Positions 15,730 through 24,113 of a stretch of 54,205 bases of DNA are shown piece by piece; the stretch's first letter is position 1, and every line of letters starts with the position of its first letter. Below the pieces are notes generated by a model. The model was not told the DNA's origin and did not search any database. It worked only from the letters and a program-made list of their open reading frames with translations. This DNA is from Nanobdellota archaeon (GTDB lineage Archaea; Nanobdellota; Nanobdellia; Woesearchaeales; JACPBV01), in contig JAHJAV010000097.1 of the NCBI GenBank assembly GCA_018813685.1, positions 1 to 54,205 of the forward strand, given 5' to 3'. The position numbers and the translations under genes are program-made.

Positions 15730-16859
15730 TCGATCCGCATGGGGGCAAGTTAATAAATCGCGAATTAACAGGTAATTCAAAGGAGAAAGCTATTGAAGAG
15801 TCAAATGAGATAAAAGGATTAACTGTGCATAGAGATACTTTACTTGATATAGGGAATATTGCTACAGGCGCTTTTAGCCCATTGAATGGTTTTGTTTTAC
15901 AGAATGATTTTATCTCAATAATCGAGAGCAATACACTTGAGAATGGAATTCCATGGACTATTCCAGTTACTTTTCCTGTTCAAGAGATTAAAGGCATAAG
16001 CGAGGGAGATGATGTTGCATTATTTGATGAATCTAAACGTCCAATTGCAATATTGCATCTAGAACAGATATATAAATTTAATTTCAACGAAGCAGCTAAA
16101 TCTATCTTTGGCACTATTGACCTTAATCATCCGGGTGTGAAAAAGATGTATGATATGGGGAATACTCTTCTTGGGGGGGAGGTAGATATGATCAATGTCC
16201 CTTCGCCTATTGTTGGTAAGTATGAGCTGACTCCTGAGCAAACAAGACAGAAGTTTAAGGAATTAGGTTGGAAAAGAATAGTTGGGTTCCAAACAAGGAA
16301 CGTGCCTCATACAGCGCACGAGTACCTGCAGAAAGCTGCATTGGAACTGACAGACGGCATATTATTGCACCCCCTTATTGGATGGAAGAAAAAAGGAGAT
16401 TATAAGCCGGAAACAATAATGAAGGGATATGAAGCATTAATCAAGTATTATTATCCAAAAAACAGGGCTGTATTATCAGCATTAACAACCCAGATGAGAT
16501 ATGCAGGGCCAAAAGAAGCTGTGTTTCATGCAATAATAAGAAAGAATTTTGGATGCACTCATTTTATTGTGGGGAGAGATCATGCAGGTGTAGGCAAATA
16601 TTATGATAAATATGCCGCACATAAAATTTTCGATACTATAGGAGATATAGAGATTGAGATATTAAAGCTTATGGGGCCTTATTTCTGCAAGCATTGCGGC
16701 CATATAACAACAGAAAAGACATGCCCTCACCCACCAGAGGAGCAGATACAGATAAGCGGGACAGTGATAAGGGATATGCTTTCAAAAGGTGAAATGCCCC
16801 CTAAAGAATTCATGAGGGAAGAGATTTCAAAGATGCTCAGCAAAGAGGACCTTAATTAA
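15726..16859 (+). CDS. sat: Sulfate adenylyltransferase (ATP sulfurylase)
   Basis: GAFSPLNGF, GFQTRNVPHTAHEYL, HFIVGRDHAGVG. ATGA overlap with pyk. Confidence 0.9.
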   Translation: MIDPHGGKLINRELTGNSKEKAIEESNEIKGLTVHRDTLLDIGNIATGAFSPLNGFVLQNDFISIIESNTLENGIPWTIPVTFPVQEIKGISEGDDVALFDESKRPIAILHLEQIYKFNFNEAAKSIFGTIDLNHPGVKKMYDMGNTLLGGEVDMINVPSPIVGKYELTPEQTRQKFKELGWKRIVGFQTRNVPHTAHEYLQKAALELTDGILLHPLIGWKKKGDYKPETIMKGYEALIKYYYPKNRAVLSALTTQMRYAGPKEAVFHAIIRKNFGCTHFIVGRDHAGVGKYYDKYAAHKIFDTIGDIEIEILKLMGPYFCKHCGHITTEKTCPHPPEEQIQISGTVIRDMLSKGEMPPKEFMREEISKMLSKEDLN

Positions 16860-16860
16860 A

Positions 16861-17388
16861 ATGAAAGGTTATACTATATGGTTTACTGGCTTATCAGGTT
16901 CCGGAAAGACTACAATAGCAAATAAACTTGCAGATATATTGAGGAAAAGAGGGAAATCATTAGTTGTTCTCGATGGTGATATAGTAAGAAAAACACTTTC
17001 TGCTGATTTAGGCTACACTAAGGGAGAGAGAGATAAACATATTACCAGGATAGTTCATGCCTGCGAGCTGATAACTAAGAATCATGTGATTAATATAGCG
17101 TGCGTTATCTCTCCTACCCGACATATTCGAAAGTATGCAAAAGACCTTATCGGGAAGGATAATTTTATTGAAGTTTATGTAAAATGCCCGCTTGAGGTTT
17201 GTGAAAAAAGAGATGTAAAGGGCCATTATGCAAAAGTCAGATCAGGGGAGATAGAACATTTTGTTGGGATCAATGTGCCTTATGAGGAGCCTTTGAACCC
17301 TGATTTAGTTCTTGAAACTGATAAAGAGAGTGTAACTGAGTCTGCAAATAAGCTTATTGATGAGATGGTAAGCAGGAAGATAATATGA
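16861..17388 (+). CDS. cysC: Adenylylsulfate (APS) kinase
   Basis: P-loop WFTGLSGSGKTTIA, LDGDIVR, 175 aa. Confidence 0.9.
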   Translation: MKGYTIWFTGLSGSGKTTIANKLADILRKRGKSLVVLDGDIVRKTLSADLGYTKGERDKHITRIVHACELITKNHVINIACVISPTRHIRKYAKDLIGKDNFIEVYVKCPLEVCEKRDVKGHYAKVRSGEIEHFVGINVPYEEPLNPDLVLETDKESVTESANKLIDEMVSRKII

Positions 17389-17426
17389 TCAGATGTTGAG
17401 TGCAGGATTTATTTACCTAAAATCAT

Positions 17427-17440
17427 AAGGTTTAAAAATA
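17427..17440 (+). promoter_or_regulatory. BRE/TATA box
   Basis: AAGGTTTAAAAATA. SD AGGAG (17469-17473) precedes ATG 17480. Confidence 0.45.
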
Positions 17441-17479
17441 GCTGTCTGATCTCAAGATTAAATTATACAGGAGATTTAA

Positions 17480-18298
17480 ATGAGCAAGGTATCATGGAAG
17501 GAAATTAAGGAATACCACCGGAAGAAACCGAAGAATATTTTTTTGTTAAGCTCTTATTTTGCACCCTATCTGACAAAATTACTTTTACATACATCTATCA
17601 CTGCAAATCAGGTTACATTTTTTTCATTTCTCTTTTCATTTATAGCTGTTCCTCTTATAGCGTTTGGGGATTATAAATGGACAATCATAGGGTCTGTTCT
17701 TCTACAGTTCATACTCATTATGGATGCTTCAGACGGCGCAATTGCCAGAATCAGGAAGACTACTGGAAAATTTAGTGCTTATTATGGTGGATTTATGCAT
17801 GATTTTATCCCTATATTTTTGATTATTGCAATGAGCATAAAATCTTACATATTTTTTGATAATTATATGTTTTTTATAGCTGGTATGATAACTATCACTG
17901 CGATGTTCTTGACAGGATACAGCAGATTTTACAAAGATAGGGTAGCAGTTAAATACATGTTAAGGTATGGTAAAAAACTGGTTTCGGATCAAGTAGTGGA
18001 TGTTCTGCCGAATCCTGTAATGCCCAATGAAGATGCGCTGCAAGATAAGACCAAAACAAAAAGCAATGTTGGTTTTATAGAAAAAAATGTTAAGAGATTT
18101 AGATTTATGGAAAAAATCATATTCTTTTTCAATTCATTCAGCCACTTGCTTGCTTTTGTATTGATGTTGTCTGTATTTAATATTCTTCATTATGCACTGT
18201 TCTTTTATGCCCCGTTTTACATTATCATATGTATACTAAAAGTTTATGTAGAGGTTAAGAAGGGGTTAAATGAATATGTTTTTGAGGACCGAAAATAG
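17480..18298 (+). CDS. CDP-alcohol phosphatidyltransferase-family membrane protein (divergent motif)
   Basis: ITANQVT...MDASDGAIARIRK. Polytopic. The distal G/D part of the family motif is irregular. Confidence 0.65.
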   Translation: MSKVSWKEIKEYHRKKPKNIFLLSSYFAPYLTKLLLHTSITANQVTFFSFLFSFIAVPLIAFGDYKWTIIGSVLLQFILIMDASDGAIARIRKTTGKFSAYYGGFMHDFIPIFLIIAMSIKSYIFFDNYMFFIAGMITITAMFLTGYSRFYKDRVAVKYMLRYGKKLVSDQVVDVLPNPVMPNEDALQDKTKTKSNVGFIEKNVKRFRFMEKIIFFFNSFSHLLAFVLMLSVFNILHYALFFYAPFYIIICILKVYVEVKKGLNEYVFEDRK

Positions 18299-18315
18299 AA
18301 AAATAATATAAACTA

Positions 18316-19227
18316 ATGTTAATTCGATTTTTAATTATGGCACAACTTAAAAAATATGTCGATTTGCACATACATACTGATGCTTCTGACGGGGCTCTTT
18401 CTGCTAAGGGTACTGTAAGGAAAGCCATAGAACATGGATTGAGCGCTATAGCTATAACAGACCACGATTCAATAGACAATGTGGCAATTGCTGTTAAGGA
18501 AGGCAAGAATCATGGGTTACTGATAGTTCCAGGTGTAGAACTTACAGTAGATGATTATAGAAATAATATAATTGATATACACATTTTGGGATTATTTATC
18601 GATATTCACAATAAACCTCTTAACCAATTGCTAATGATTTCGAAGAAAGAGAGGTTTAATCAGAAAAAATGCATTATAAATAAACTTCAGGCCCTGGGCT
18701 ATAAAATAAATTTTGAGGAAGTTAGGGAGACTGCAAAAGGGGAAATAGGAAGGTTGCATATAGCCCATGTTTTGTTGAAGAGAAATAAGCAGTTGAAGAA
18801 TCTAGGGTATATCTTTGAGCATCTGCTTGGGGTAGGGAAGCCTGCTTATGCAAGGAGGAAGCACGAAACAGGATTAAAAGAAGCGATTTCTGCAATACAT
18901 AGTGCAGGAGGAATTGCTGTTCTGGCGCACCCCTATCTGTACGATTCTGATTTTGATAATCTGATAAAAAAGTTTGTAGAAACAGGGGGGGATGGATTAG
19001 AGGTTTTTTATGCTTATGATAAAACAGCCAAATTCGAGAAGAAACCAAAAAATTATCTTGATAATTTGCAGTCTAGGCTAAAGAAGATAGCCTTAAAGAA
19101 TAACTTATCAATGTCAGGGGGAAGCGATTTTCATGGCCATGCCAGAAATAAGCGCATTGGATACCCTAAGATACCTTTGGAAGTAGTTGAACAGATGAAG
19201 AGGATGCCAATAAACAAGCGAATATAA
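18316..19227 (+). CDS. PHP-domain metal-dependent phosphoesterase (COG0613 TrpH/YciV-like)
   Basis: VDLHIHTDASDG...AITDHDS...GVEL...HILG...LAHP...GGSDFHG. ATG 18337 is an alternative start. Confidence 0.8.
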   Translation: MLIRFLIMAQLKKYVDLHIHTDASDGALSAKGTVRKAIEHGLSAIAITDHDSIDNVAIAVKEGKNHGLLIVPGVELTVDDYRNNIIDIHILGLFIDIHNKPLNQLLMISKKERFNQKKCIINKLQALGYKINFEEVRETAKGEIGRLHIAHVLLKRNKQLKNLGYIFEHLLGVGKPAYARRKHETGLKEAISAIHSAGGIAVLAHPYLYDSDFDNLIKKFVETGGDGLEVFYAYDKTAKFEKKPKNYLDNLQSRLKKIALKNNLSMSGGSDFHGHARNKRIGYPKIPLEVVEQMKRMPINKRI

Positions 19228-19247
19228 TCCAATTAGGTTCTACTATC

Positions 19248-19259
19248 TTTTTTATTTTT
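19248..19259 (+). terminator. Oligo-T tracts (T6 + T5)
   Basis: TTTTTTATTTTT lies 20 nt after the PHP gene stop. Confidence 0.4.
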
Positions 19260-19283
19260 GGCTGTTTATAGAACACTAATCCG

Positions 19284-19297
19284 AAAGATTTATAAAT
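19284..19297 (+). promoter_or_regulatory. BRE/TATA box of the phosphonate operon
   Basis: AAAGATTTATAAAT lies about 30 nt upstream of ATG 19320 (leaderless). Confidence 0.5.
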
Positions 19298-19319
19298 CTA
19301 CTAGTAGCACTAGTATAAC

Positions 19320-19877
19320 ATGAAAAAGATTGTTTGGCTTAATAAGTCAAATGGGCAGCTTTGCGTAACTATACCTAAAAATTCAGGCATAAAAGATGGA
19401 GATATAATTAATATTGAGAAAGAGAAGATTAAGACTATAATCTATTCCCCTATGATAGCAGACTTGTTTAATTATGGCCATTTAAGGCTGCTGCAAAGCG
19501 CAAATTCATTGGGGGATTTTCATATATGCGGTGTATTAACCAATGAAGCTGTGAGGTCTTACAGGGAGGAGCCAATTGCTGATTTCAGAGACAGGATGTC
19601 CATAATTTCAGCCCTTCAATGCATAGATATGGTGATGCCGCAGGATAATAGAGACCCAACTGAGAACCTGAAAAAGATTCATGAGCAATTCAGAAACTCA
19701 AAATTGATTTTAGTCAATGGATCAAACTGGAAAAAGGTCTATGGCAGCGGTTATATCAAAAAGATAGGGGGAGAAGTAGTCCAGCCTAAGTTTTATGATA
19801 AGCTTTCTTCCAAGAATATAATCGGGAAAATATTTAAAGTTTACAAGGGGGGCAAGGTGAAGAATTATGGCGAATAA
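19320..19877 (+). CDS. HxGH cytidylyltransferase (TagD/GCT-like) with an N-terminal AbrB/SpoVT-like domain
   Basis: Aa 1-35 have NGQLCVTIPKNSGIKDGDIINIEKE (swapped-hairpin type). These are followed by DLFNYGHLRLLQSANSLGD...CGVLTNEAV. Confidence 0.7.
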   Translation: MKKIVWLNKSNGQLCVTIPKNSGIKDGDIINIEKEKIKTIIYSPMIADLFNYGHLRLLQSANSLGDFHICGVLTNEAVRSYREEPIADFRDRMSIISALQCIDMVMPQDNRDPTENLKKIHEQFRNSKLILVNGSNWKKVYGSGYIKKIGGEVVQPKFYDKLSSKNIIGKIFKVYKGGKVKNYGE

Positions 19878-21273
19878 GATAAGAAAGATTCTTTTAGTGT
19901 CTCCAAGATACACTTTATTTAAAGATGATGTCAGAAGATGCGTTGCTCCAATAGGATTAGCCTATTTAGCAGCATTCTTAGAAAAAGACGGCTATGAAGT
20001 AAAAATATTGGATGCTGCAGCTGAAGGTTATGATAATGTTAAAATTCACGGTGAGTTTTTAACATACGGCTTAGATGATGAGGAAATAAGAAAAAAGATT
20101 ATTGAATTCAATCCAGATGTTGTAGGTGTTTCATGCATATTTTCTACCCAATACGAAAATGTAAAAAAAGTATTGAAACTTGTGGATGATATAGACCCAA
20201 ATATAACAACTATGGTCGGCGGTTCACATCCTACTTATGCTGTTGATGAAGTTCTTGATTTAGGCAATGTAGACTACATTGTTATGGGCGAGGCAGAGCT
20301 GTCCACATTGCAGCTTTTGAATACCCTGAACACTGGCGGTGATGTTTCTGAGATTGGTGGATTAGCTTACCGCAAAGACGGCAAAAATATATCGAACAAT
20401 AGGCTGCAATATATCCAGAATGTGGATGATCTGCCATCTCCTGCAAGGCATTTGCTCAATATGGAGCTCTATTTTAAAATAAATCTTCCTCAGAATCCCT
20501 ATACCTGCGGTAAGAGAGTTGCACAGGTAATCACATCCAGGGGGTGCCCTGCACGATGTGTTTTCTGTACAACAACAAATTTCTGGGGCAATCGTTACAG
20601 GGGAAGAAGTGCAGAAGGCGTTGTTAAGGAAATAAGGGAGCTTAAAGAGAAGTATAACATAGATGAAATCCAATTTACTGATGATAATTTAACATTGGAG
20701 AAAAAAAGGGCAATGGATATATTAGACGGCATAAAGAATCTTGGATTGATGTGGTGCCTGCCACAGGGGATTGCAGTATGGGCATTAGATGAGGAATTGC
20801 TTGAGAAAATGAAAGAGTCTGGGTGTTACCAGCTTACATTTGCAATTGAAAGCGGAAATCAGCATGTTTTGACTGATATAATAAAAAAACCACTGAATCT
20901 GGAGAAGGTGAAACCCTTGGTTAAAAAGGCACATGAGCTTGGTATAAACCTCCATGCTTTCTGCATTTGCGGATTGCCTGGAGAGACAGTAGAGCAGATG
21001 TATGAAACCTATAATTTTGTCCTTGATTGCGGTTTTGAAAGTGCATCTTTTTTTCTTGCAACCCCCTTGATAGGATCAGAACTGTTGAAAATATGCAGGG
21101 AAAAAGGCTATTTGAGTGAGGATATGACCTGCAACAAGCAATTATTTAAGATAGGCAATATAACCACCCCTGAGTTCAAAGCAGAGGAAATCCAGAGTTT
21201 AGTTGAACAATTTAATAGGGATTATAATCGCAATGATAAAAGGGAAAAAAGGTTTGAGGATGGAAAGTATTAA
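19867..21273 (+). CDS. Class B (B12-binding domain) radical SAM enzyme
   Basis: N-terminal Rossmann-like B12 domain (ILLVSP...PIGLAYLAAFL...VGVSC...GGSHPT) and SRGCPARCVFC (CX3CX2C). SD AGGTGA is present. Confidence 0.85.
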   Translation: MANKIRKILLVSPRYTLFKDDVRRCVAPIGLAYLAAFLEKDGYEVKILDAAAEGYDNVKIHGEFLTYGLDDEEIRKKIIEFNPDVVGVSCIFSTQYENVKKVLKLVDDIDPNITTMVGGSHPTYAVDEVLDLGNVDYIVMGEAELSTLQLLNTLNTGGDVSEIGGLAYRKDGKNISNNRLQYIQNVDDLPSPARHLLNMELYFKINLPQNPYTCGKRVAQVITSRGCPARCVFCTTTNFWGNRYRGRSAEGVVKEIRELKEKYNIDEIQFTDDNLTLEKKRAMDILDGIKNLGLMWCLPQGIAVWALDEELLEKMKESGCYQLTFAIESGNQHVLTDIIKKPLNLEKVKPLVKKAHELGINLHAFCICGLPGETVEQMYETYNFVLDCGFESASFFLATPLIGSELLKICREKGYLSEDMTCNKQLFKIGNITTPEFKAEEIQSLVEQFNRDYNRNDKREKRFEDGKY

Positions 21274-21300
21274 GATAATAACTTCGGAGGTCAATGAAAA

Positions 21301-22773
21301 ATGAGAATATTATTAGTGTATGCAAACAGTTTTATGGACAACTTAATACCTGTAGGGGTATCTTTGTTATCAGCCTGCCTGAAGAAAGCAGGCCATGAAA
21401 CCAAGCTTTTCGATACAACTTTTTATAGGACCAGGGAGAAAACCGGGGATGAGGCGAGAGTTGAAACTTTGCAGATAAGGGAAACGAAGCTTGATGATTA
21501 TGGGGTCCATGAAAAGAAAGCAGATGCAGTAGATGATTTTAAGAAACTTGTCGATGATTACAAGCCCGGCCTAATAGCTGTTTCTATTGTTGAGACGACC
21601 TACTTCATAGCGTTAAATCTGTTGAATGGGATTAAAGATTATGATATCCCTAAAGCGGTGGGCGGAATACATGCAACAATGGCTCCTGGGGAAGTGATAA
21701 AGGAAGAAGCGGTAGACATTGTCTGTGTAGGTGAAGGGGAAATTGCCCTTACTGAATTGGCAGACAGAATTGATAAAGGCACTGATTATTCTGACATTCC
21801 AAATCTATGGGTTAAGAATGATGGAAAAGTGATTGAAAATCCAGTTGGTCCCCTCGTTAAGCTTGATGATCTTCCTGATCAGGATTGGTCTATCTGGGAA
21901 AAAGAAAGATTCTATAAGCCAATGGGTGGAAAGGTGTGGATATGCGGCCCAATAGAATTTGACAGAGGATGCCCTCATCAATGCGCTTTTTGCTGTAATG
22001 CAGGACTTCAGAAATTATATAAACAGCATGGTTTTTATCCAAGGAGCAGGAGCGTTAAAAAGTTTATTGATGAGTTCAAGGGCAAACAAAAAAGATACGG
22101 ATTAAATTACCTCTTTGTCATGTCAGAGAATTTTTTTCAGGGCAATGGGAGATTTAATGAATTTGTAGAATTATATAGGGATATCAAGATACCATTTTGG
22201 GTTGAAACAAGACCTGAGACTGTTACAGAGGAGCGGCTTAAAATGCTAAAAGAAGTTGGGTGCGAGGGAATAAGTATGGGCGTTGAGCACGGAAATGACG
22301 AATATAGGAGAAAGGTTCTTAATAGGTTTGTATCCAATGATGCCATAATAAAAGGATTTCAAATGGCTATACATTCTGGAATAAGGGTTACAGCGAATAA
22401 TATTGTAGGTTATCCGGAAGAGACCAGGGAGCTGTTTTTTGATACTGTTGAAGTGAACAGGCAGATCAAAGGGGCATATACTATGATAAACATATTCAGC
22501 CCTCACAGGGGAACTTCCTTATGGAAGCTGGCTGTCGAAAAGGGATATATACCCAAAGATACATTTGCAGGTGATTACCGTCTTGATAGTGGAATAGATA
22601 TGCCTCATTTGAGCAAGGAAGCTATTAAGGGACTGCAGAGAACTTTTAGGCTGTATGTTTATCTTCCAAAAGAGATGTGGCCTGAAATTGAAAGGGCTGA
22701 AAAGTTTGATGAAGAGGGGAATAAGGCTTTTGAAAGATTAAGCAAGATTTATATGGAAAAATATATGAAATGA
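21301..22773 (+). CDS. Class B (B12-binding domain) radical SAM enzyme
   Basis: ILLVYAN...PVGVSLLSACL...GGIHAT and DRGCPHQCAFC. Confidence 0.85.
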   Translation: MRILLVYANSFMDNLIPVGVSLLSACLKKAGHETKLFDTTFYRTREKTGDEARVETLQIRETKLDDYGVHEKKADAVDDFKKLVDDYKPGLIAVSIVETTYFIALNLLNGIKDYDIPKAVGGIHATMAPGEVIKEEAVDIVCVGEGEIALTELADRIDKGTDYSDIPNLWVKNDGKVIENPVGPLVKLDDLPDQDWSIWEKERFYKPMGGKVWICGPIEFDRGCPHQCAFCCNAGLQKLYKQHGFYPRSRSVKKFIDEFKGKQKRYGLNYLFVMSENFFQGNGRFNEFVELYRDIKIPFWVETRPETVTEERLKMLKEVGCEGISMGVEHGNDEYRRKVLNRFVSNDAIIKGFQMAIHSGIRVTANNIVGYPEETRELFFDTVEVNRQIKGAYTMINIFSPHRGTSLWKLAVEKGYIPKDTFAGDYRLDSGIDMPHLSKEAIKGLQRTFRLYVYLPKEMWPEIERAEKFDEEGNKAFERLSKIYMEKYMK

Positions 22774-22787
22774 TAACGGGGTGAAAA

Positions 22788-24098
22788 ATGAAAAAAGTCT
22801 ATGTTGGAATGAGGGCCGATATAATACATCATGGGCATTTGAAAATTATTCAAGAGGCAAGAAAGCTTGGAGAGGTTACAATAGGATTACTTACTGATAA
22901 GGCTGCAGCGAGCTATAAGAGAATGCCTTTTTTTTCGTATGAGCACAGAAAGATGATACTTGAGAATATTATCGGAGTGAAAGAAGTTATTTCTCAGGAG
23001 ACATTAGATTATGTGCCCAATCTAATGAGATTAAAGCCTGATTATGTTGTCCATGGAAATGACTGGAAGACAGGGGCTCAGAAGGAAGTAAGGAAGAGGG
23101 TAATAAGTGTACTCAAAGAATGGGGCGGCAAACTTGTAGAGCCTGATTTTACAAAAGATGTTTCTTCAAGCCAGATCGCTGAAGAATTGTTTGAGCTTGG
23201 CACTACTCCCGGGGCAAGGATGAAAAAATTAAGAAGATTATTGGAACTTAAGCCGATTGTAAGGGTGTTAGAGGTGCATAACGGGCTTACCGGAAGGATT
23301 GTAGAAAAAACGAGAGTGGTTGAAGGAGATAATGTTCGTGAATTTGAATGCATGTGGCTGAGCAGTTTGACTGATTCAACTGCAAAAGGAAAACCCGATT
23401 CAGGATGTGTTGATTTCACTTCTCGTGTGAATACCCTTAACCAGATATTTGAAGTTACAACTAAACCAATGATTGTCGATGCTGATAATGGCGGACTAAC
23501 AGAACATTTTGTGTTTATGGTTAAGACCATGGAGAGGTTAGGAGTTTCTGCTGTTATAATTGAAGATAAGGTAGGTGCAAAAAGGAATTCTCTTTTTGGA
23601 GCTGAGGTTGAACAGGAGCAGGATGAAATTGAGATGTTTTCAGACAAGATATCTTCTGGCAAGAAAGCTCAGGTTACAGAAGACTTTATGATAATTGCAA
23701 GGATTGAGAGTTTGATATTGAATAAAGGAATGGAAGATGCTTTAAAGAGAGCTAAAGCTTATATTGATGCGGGAGTTGACGGCATAATGATACACAGCAA
23801 GAAGAAAGATTTTCAGGAGATACTTGAGTTTTGCAGAGAGTATAAACAGTTTGAGAATAAGGTTCCTCTTGTGGCTGTGCCTTCAACCTATAGCTCTATA
23901 ACTGAAGAAGAGCTTATTGGTGCAGGGGTTAGCATAGTGATTTATGCGAACCAATTGCTTAGGAGCGCTTATCCTGCAATGGTGAATACAGCAGAGACAA
24001 TACTTAAGAACCACAGGGCTCTTGAATCAGAAGAGCAGTGCATGCCGATAAAGGAAATATTGAGTTTGATACCTGCTGTTTGTACGGGTGGTAAATAA
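22788..24098 (+). CDS. pepM: Bifunctional cytidylyltransferase / phosphoenolpyruvate mutase (Fom1-type architecture)
   Basis: N-terminus has ADIIHHGHLKII (HxGH). The C-terminal isocitrate-lyase-fold domain carries the PepM-diagnostic EDKX5NS motif, EDKVGAKRNS (nt 23562-23591). Confidence 0.88.
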   Translation: MKKVYVGMRADIIHHGHLKIIQEARKLGEVTIGLLTDKAAASYKRMPFFSYEHRKMILENIIGVKEVISQETLDYVPNLMRLKPDYVVHGNDWKTGAQKEVRKRVISVLKEWGGKLVEPDFTKDVSSSQIAEELFELGTTPGARMKKLRRLLELKPIVRVLEVHNGLTGRIVEKTRVVEGDNVREFECMWLSSLTDSTAKGKPDSGCVDFTSRVNTLNQIFEVTTKPMIVDADNGGLTEHFVFMVKTMERLGVSAVIIEDKVGAKRNSLFGAEVEQEQDEIEMFSDKISSGKKAQVTEDFMIIARIESLILNKGMEDALKRAKAYIDAGVDGIMIHSKKKDFQEILEFCREYKQFENKVPLVAVPSTYSSITEEELIGAGVSIVIYANQLLRSAYPAMVNTAETILKNHRALESEEQCMPIKEILSLIPAVCTGGK

Positions 24099-24113
24099 AT
24101 AGTGGTGATATCT

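Noticed and set aside
23078-23662. 194-aa minus-strand ORF inside the pepM fusion gene
   Set aside because: It is antisense to a strongly conserved enzyme-coding frame with clear motifs, and its composition is typical of shadow ORFs.
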